NCBI GenBank assembly: GCA_964234715.1
Contig: OZ174280.1
DNA: 64,000 bases
Direction: 5' to 3' (one strand)
Source: Podarcis melisellensis
Taxonomy: Eukaryota
The notes beneath the pieces were generated by a model. The model searched no databases. It worked only from the letters and a program-made list of their open reading frames with translations, and was not told where the DNA came from. Position 1 is the first letter of the stretch, and the number at the start of each line of letters is the position of its first letter. The position numbers were made by a program, and so were the translations under genes. This document shows, piece after piece, positions 61,030 to 64,000 of the stretch.

Positions 61030-61780
61030 GATCCTAGCCCAACCCCCTGCAATGCAAGAATCTCAACTAAAGCATCCATGACATATGGCCACCCAACATC
61101 TGCTTTAAAACCTGCAAGGAAGGAGAGTCCACCACCTTCCAAGGGAGTCCGTTCCACTGTCAAACAGCTCTTACTGTCAGAAAGTTCTTCCTGATGTTTA
61201 GTCAGAATCTCCTGTTAGTTACTTGAGATTTCTTGTCACTTGAAGCCATTGTTTCAGTTATTACTCTCCGATGCTGAAAAAAGCAAGCTTGTTCCTTCTT
61301 CCATATGATAGCCCCTGAGATATTTGAAGATGGCTATCATATCTCCTCTCAGTCTCCCTTCTTTCAGACTAAACATACCCAACTCCCTCAACCATTCCTC
61401 ATAAGGCTTGGTTTCCAGACCCTTGATCATCTAGGTTGCAAACCTCTGCATGCGTTCCAACTTCTCAATATTCTTCTTAAATTGTGGCACCCAGAACTGG
61501 ACACAGTATTCCAGGTGTGGTCTGAGCAAGGCAGAATACAGAGGGATTATTATTTACCTTGGCCTAGACACTTTACTTCTGTTGATGCAGCCTAGAATAG
61601 CATTAGCTTTTTTGCAGTTTCATCACATTGTTGACTTATGTTAAATTTGTGGTCTACTAAGACCCCTAGATCCTTTCCACATATACTACTGACAAGCCAG
61701 GTGCCACCCATCTTAGATTTGTGCATCTGGTTCCTGCTGTCTAAGTGCTGAACATTACATTTGTCCCTATTGAAATTCAC
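61030..61780 (-). mobile_element. CR1 LINE 3' fragment
   Basis: Encodes MNFNRDKCNVQHL...KDLGVLVDHKFNISQQC, the CR1 ORF2 C-terminus. Confidence 0.92.
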
Positions 61781-62256
61781 AACTGGACTTTCTCCCTCTC
61801 TCCTCCTTCTGCGTGCCCCCTAAAGAGTACATTTTACATTGTTCAGTTATGATCCATCCACTGGGCATTTCAGTTCCAAATTTTGAAGGCTGTGTGTTAG
61901 ATAGCTCAATTGGACTGGTTAGAAGCCGTCTTTTCTTCACTAAATATGCCACATGAGAACGCTACCTTTATTTTGAGGCAGAAGAAACGCAGCCCTTTGT
62001 TTCTTGTCCTTATTGTTCCTTAGTTCTTTTTCTGGCCTTTTTTACTGCCAACCTACTCACAGAAATATCAAGTGGAAGCTAAGGTTAGAAAGCGAGACAG
62101 TCCACGTCAAAACAAATCAGTTCCTGTTAGAGTCAAAAGTTGATTCCTGTTGTTATATTGTCCCTTCTCACTAAATTGATTTGATTTATTTACTAAATCC
62201 CTCCCTGTTCAAAGAATCTTGTGAATTGTAGGGGAACATAAAACAATAGCCTTGAG

Positions 62257-62904
62257 AATTGGATTTAGGCCACCCAATTGAAGATCGCAAATGAGATCTC
62301 TGCTCACTTACAGGAGGCCTCCTCTTCTGATGGCACTGGAAGTGCCGTAGAAATCTTGATCTATTTATTCATATTTTGTGGGAATGCCCACATGTTAAAA
62401 ACCTTTGGAAGTATTTGGAGTCTTCTCCATTATATCCACAATTACAGGCCAACCCCTTTCTCCAAATCCTGCCTTAGCCCTACTACCCAGAGAACCGGTA
62501 GGCTTCTTACTAACTGCACCACAATTAGCGATAGCTCGACAATGGAAGAATCAGACAGAAATACCCCTGAACATGTGGGGAAATAATATCTGGGATGCAG
62601 CAATGTCTGAGTGTCTCACCAGACACAGGAGGGCAATTAAAGGCATAACGAAGAGAGACACCCTCCAAGAAACATGGAACCCTTTCCTTAACTGTGTCAA
62701 CGGCCAAAAATCAAGACCTCATTATACCAACAGCTTAACGTTCTCAGTGGAAAGGTTACATTAAGTGATATGTTTGAATGTTGAATGTGTAAGTTTATGT
62801 CAATGGATGAAACAAACACCATTAGATGTACTGCTGGGTAAGTGTTTAATGGTTCTTACATTTGCATTTGCATTTGCATTTGTTTAAAAACAAAAACAAA
62901 AAAA
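62257..62904 (+). mobile_element. 5'-truncated L1 LINE
   Basis: Encodes WKCRRNLDLFIHILWECPHVKNLWK (L1 ORF2 C-terminal cysteine motif) and ...IARQWK...TWNPFL; A-rich tail; TSD AATAGCCTTGAG (62245-62256, 62905-62916). Confidence 0.88.
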
Positions 62905-64000
62905 AATAGCCTTGAGGAAGAACTTGGTGGTGACTGCAAAACCTGTTCACCACCCTATAGACTTGTGTGTGGCCCATCTCGTGCTCCATCAATAGTCTCT
63001 TGGAGGCACATTACACAAGCAATGAAAAGAAGTTGGGTTCTTGAGAAGCGGTCTTATTTCCCACATACCATACGTTTACTGTTTACCTTTAATTTGCGTT
63101 AGCACACTGTACATTTGTGATGATGCCCAGAACTCCTTTGCCCGCCTTTGTCTTTCCCTATAGTTATTAGAAGTGAACCATATTCATGTACATTTCCAAA
63201 CAAAAGGGAACCAGACTACCGCATGATGAAACTTCATTATGGCCAACTCATTTTTCCCCTTTTAGTTTTGAAGCGCAAGGTCGGGGAGGGGGGGTTAGTT
63301 TTAGTTGTTTCTTAACTGGATGACAGATTTTGTTCTAATTAATCTAGAGCACTGTGTATAGAAACGACTGCAAAAGCAAACATGTCTATTAACAGAAAAG
63401 CAGTGATTACTGCTTGGCTTTCAGCCAGTAACTCTACATAAGCAATGAACTGATGCCTGAAACTGTCTTGGTGCCATATGGGTTCTGCTGTAGCAATGAA
63501 TTGGATCCAACGCAAGGTTAAGATGTGTCAGATTTAACGGGGGTTTAATTGATACTGGTAAAGAAACTCTAAATAAAGAAACAGTGTGCGCGAGGGAGCT
63601 ATTAGAAACAAGCTGCATGCTAGCCTCTCTTCCTTAGTTTGTGGGCAACAAAACATTCACTCCGACATCTAAAGGAGTTTCCAAACTCTTTACTTCTTTC
63701 GGTTCAATTCAGTCGAAGACAAACAAAGCAAAAACAAAAACAAAACAGCAATAATAATACTTCAGGTTAACAAGTTTACCTGCATTTAATTGGCACTGAA
63801 TGGGAACTCTAATCGGATTCATGCTAATAGGCTTTGGGCACTGTTATGGAGACTTCAGCCATTTTGCCAGAAAACGAAATATAATAAACATAGTGTGTTG
63901 AGACCCAAAGTACTCCCAGAGTACTCCAAACGCTCTGCCTCTGGCTGCGGTCAGTCAGAAGCTTCAAAAGGTTCACAAGCCAGGCATCTGCTGTTGCGTA

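Noticed and set aside
1-64000. Most ORF-track entries as genes
   Set aside because: Short, often non-ATG starts, no recognisable domains; expected by chance in vertebrate non-coding DNA or lying in repeats

Overview
Eukaryotic (vertebrate) non-coding DNA, most likely from a lacertid lizard: it carries POM-type Sauria SINEs together with BovB, CR1, L2, L1, RTE and Penelope-like retroelements, Gypsy-type solo LTRs and many hAT and Tc1/mariner MITEs, several with readable target-site duplications (TSDs). I find no confident cellular protein-coding gene. The ORF-track entries with recognisable protein similarity are all retroelement fragments (BovB, CR1, L1). Between the repeats are repeat-poor stretches dense in homeodomain, TALE, FOX and RFX motifs, which look like conserved non-coding elements of a large intron or gene desert. 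There is one candidate 75-nt minus-strand exon and two weaker first-exon candidates; the host gene is unidentified. The most distinctive observation is a composite non-autonomous DNA transposon that has captured an L2 LINE 3' end. It occurs in four copies, three bracketed by short direct repeats. Also notable are Penelope hammerhead-ribozyme remnants, nested insertions and long inverted repeats. There is one 131-nt assembly gap. All calls were made by eye, and family names come from recalled consensus features rather than database searches.
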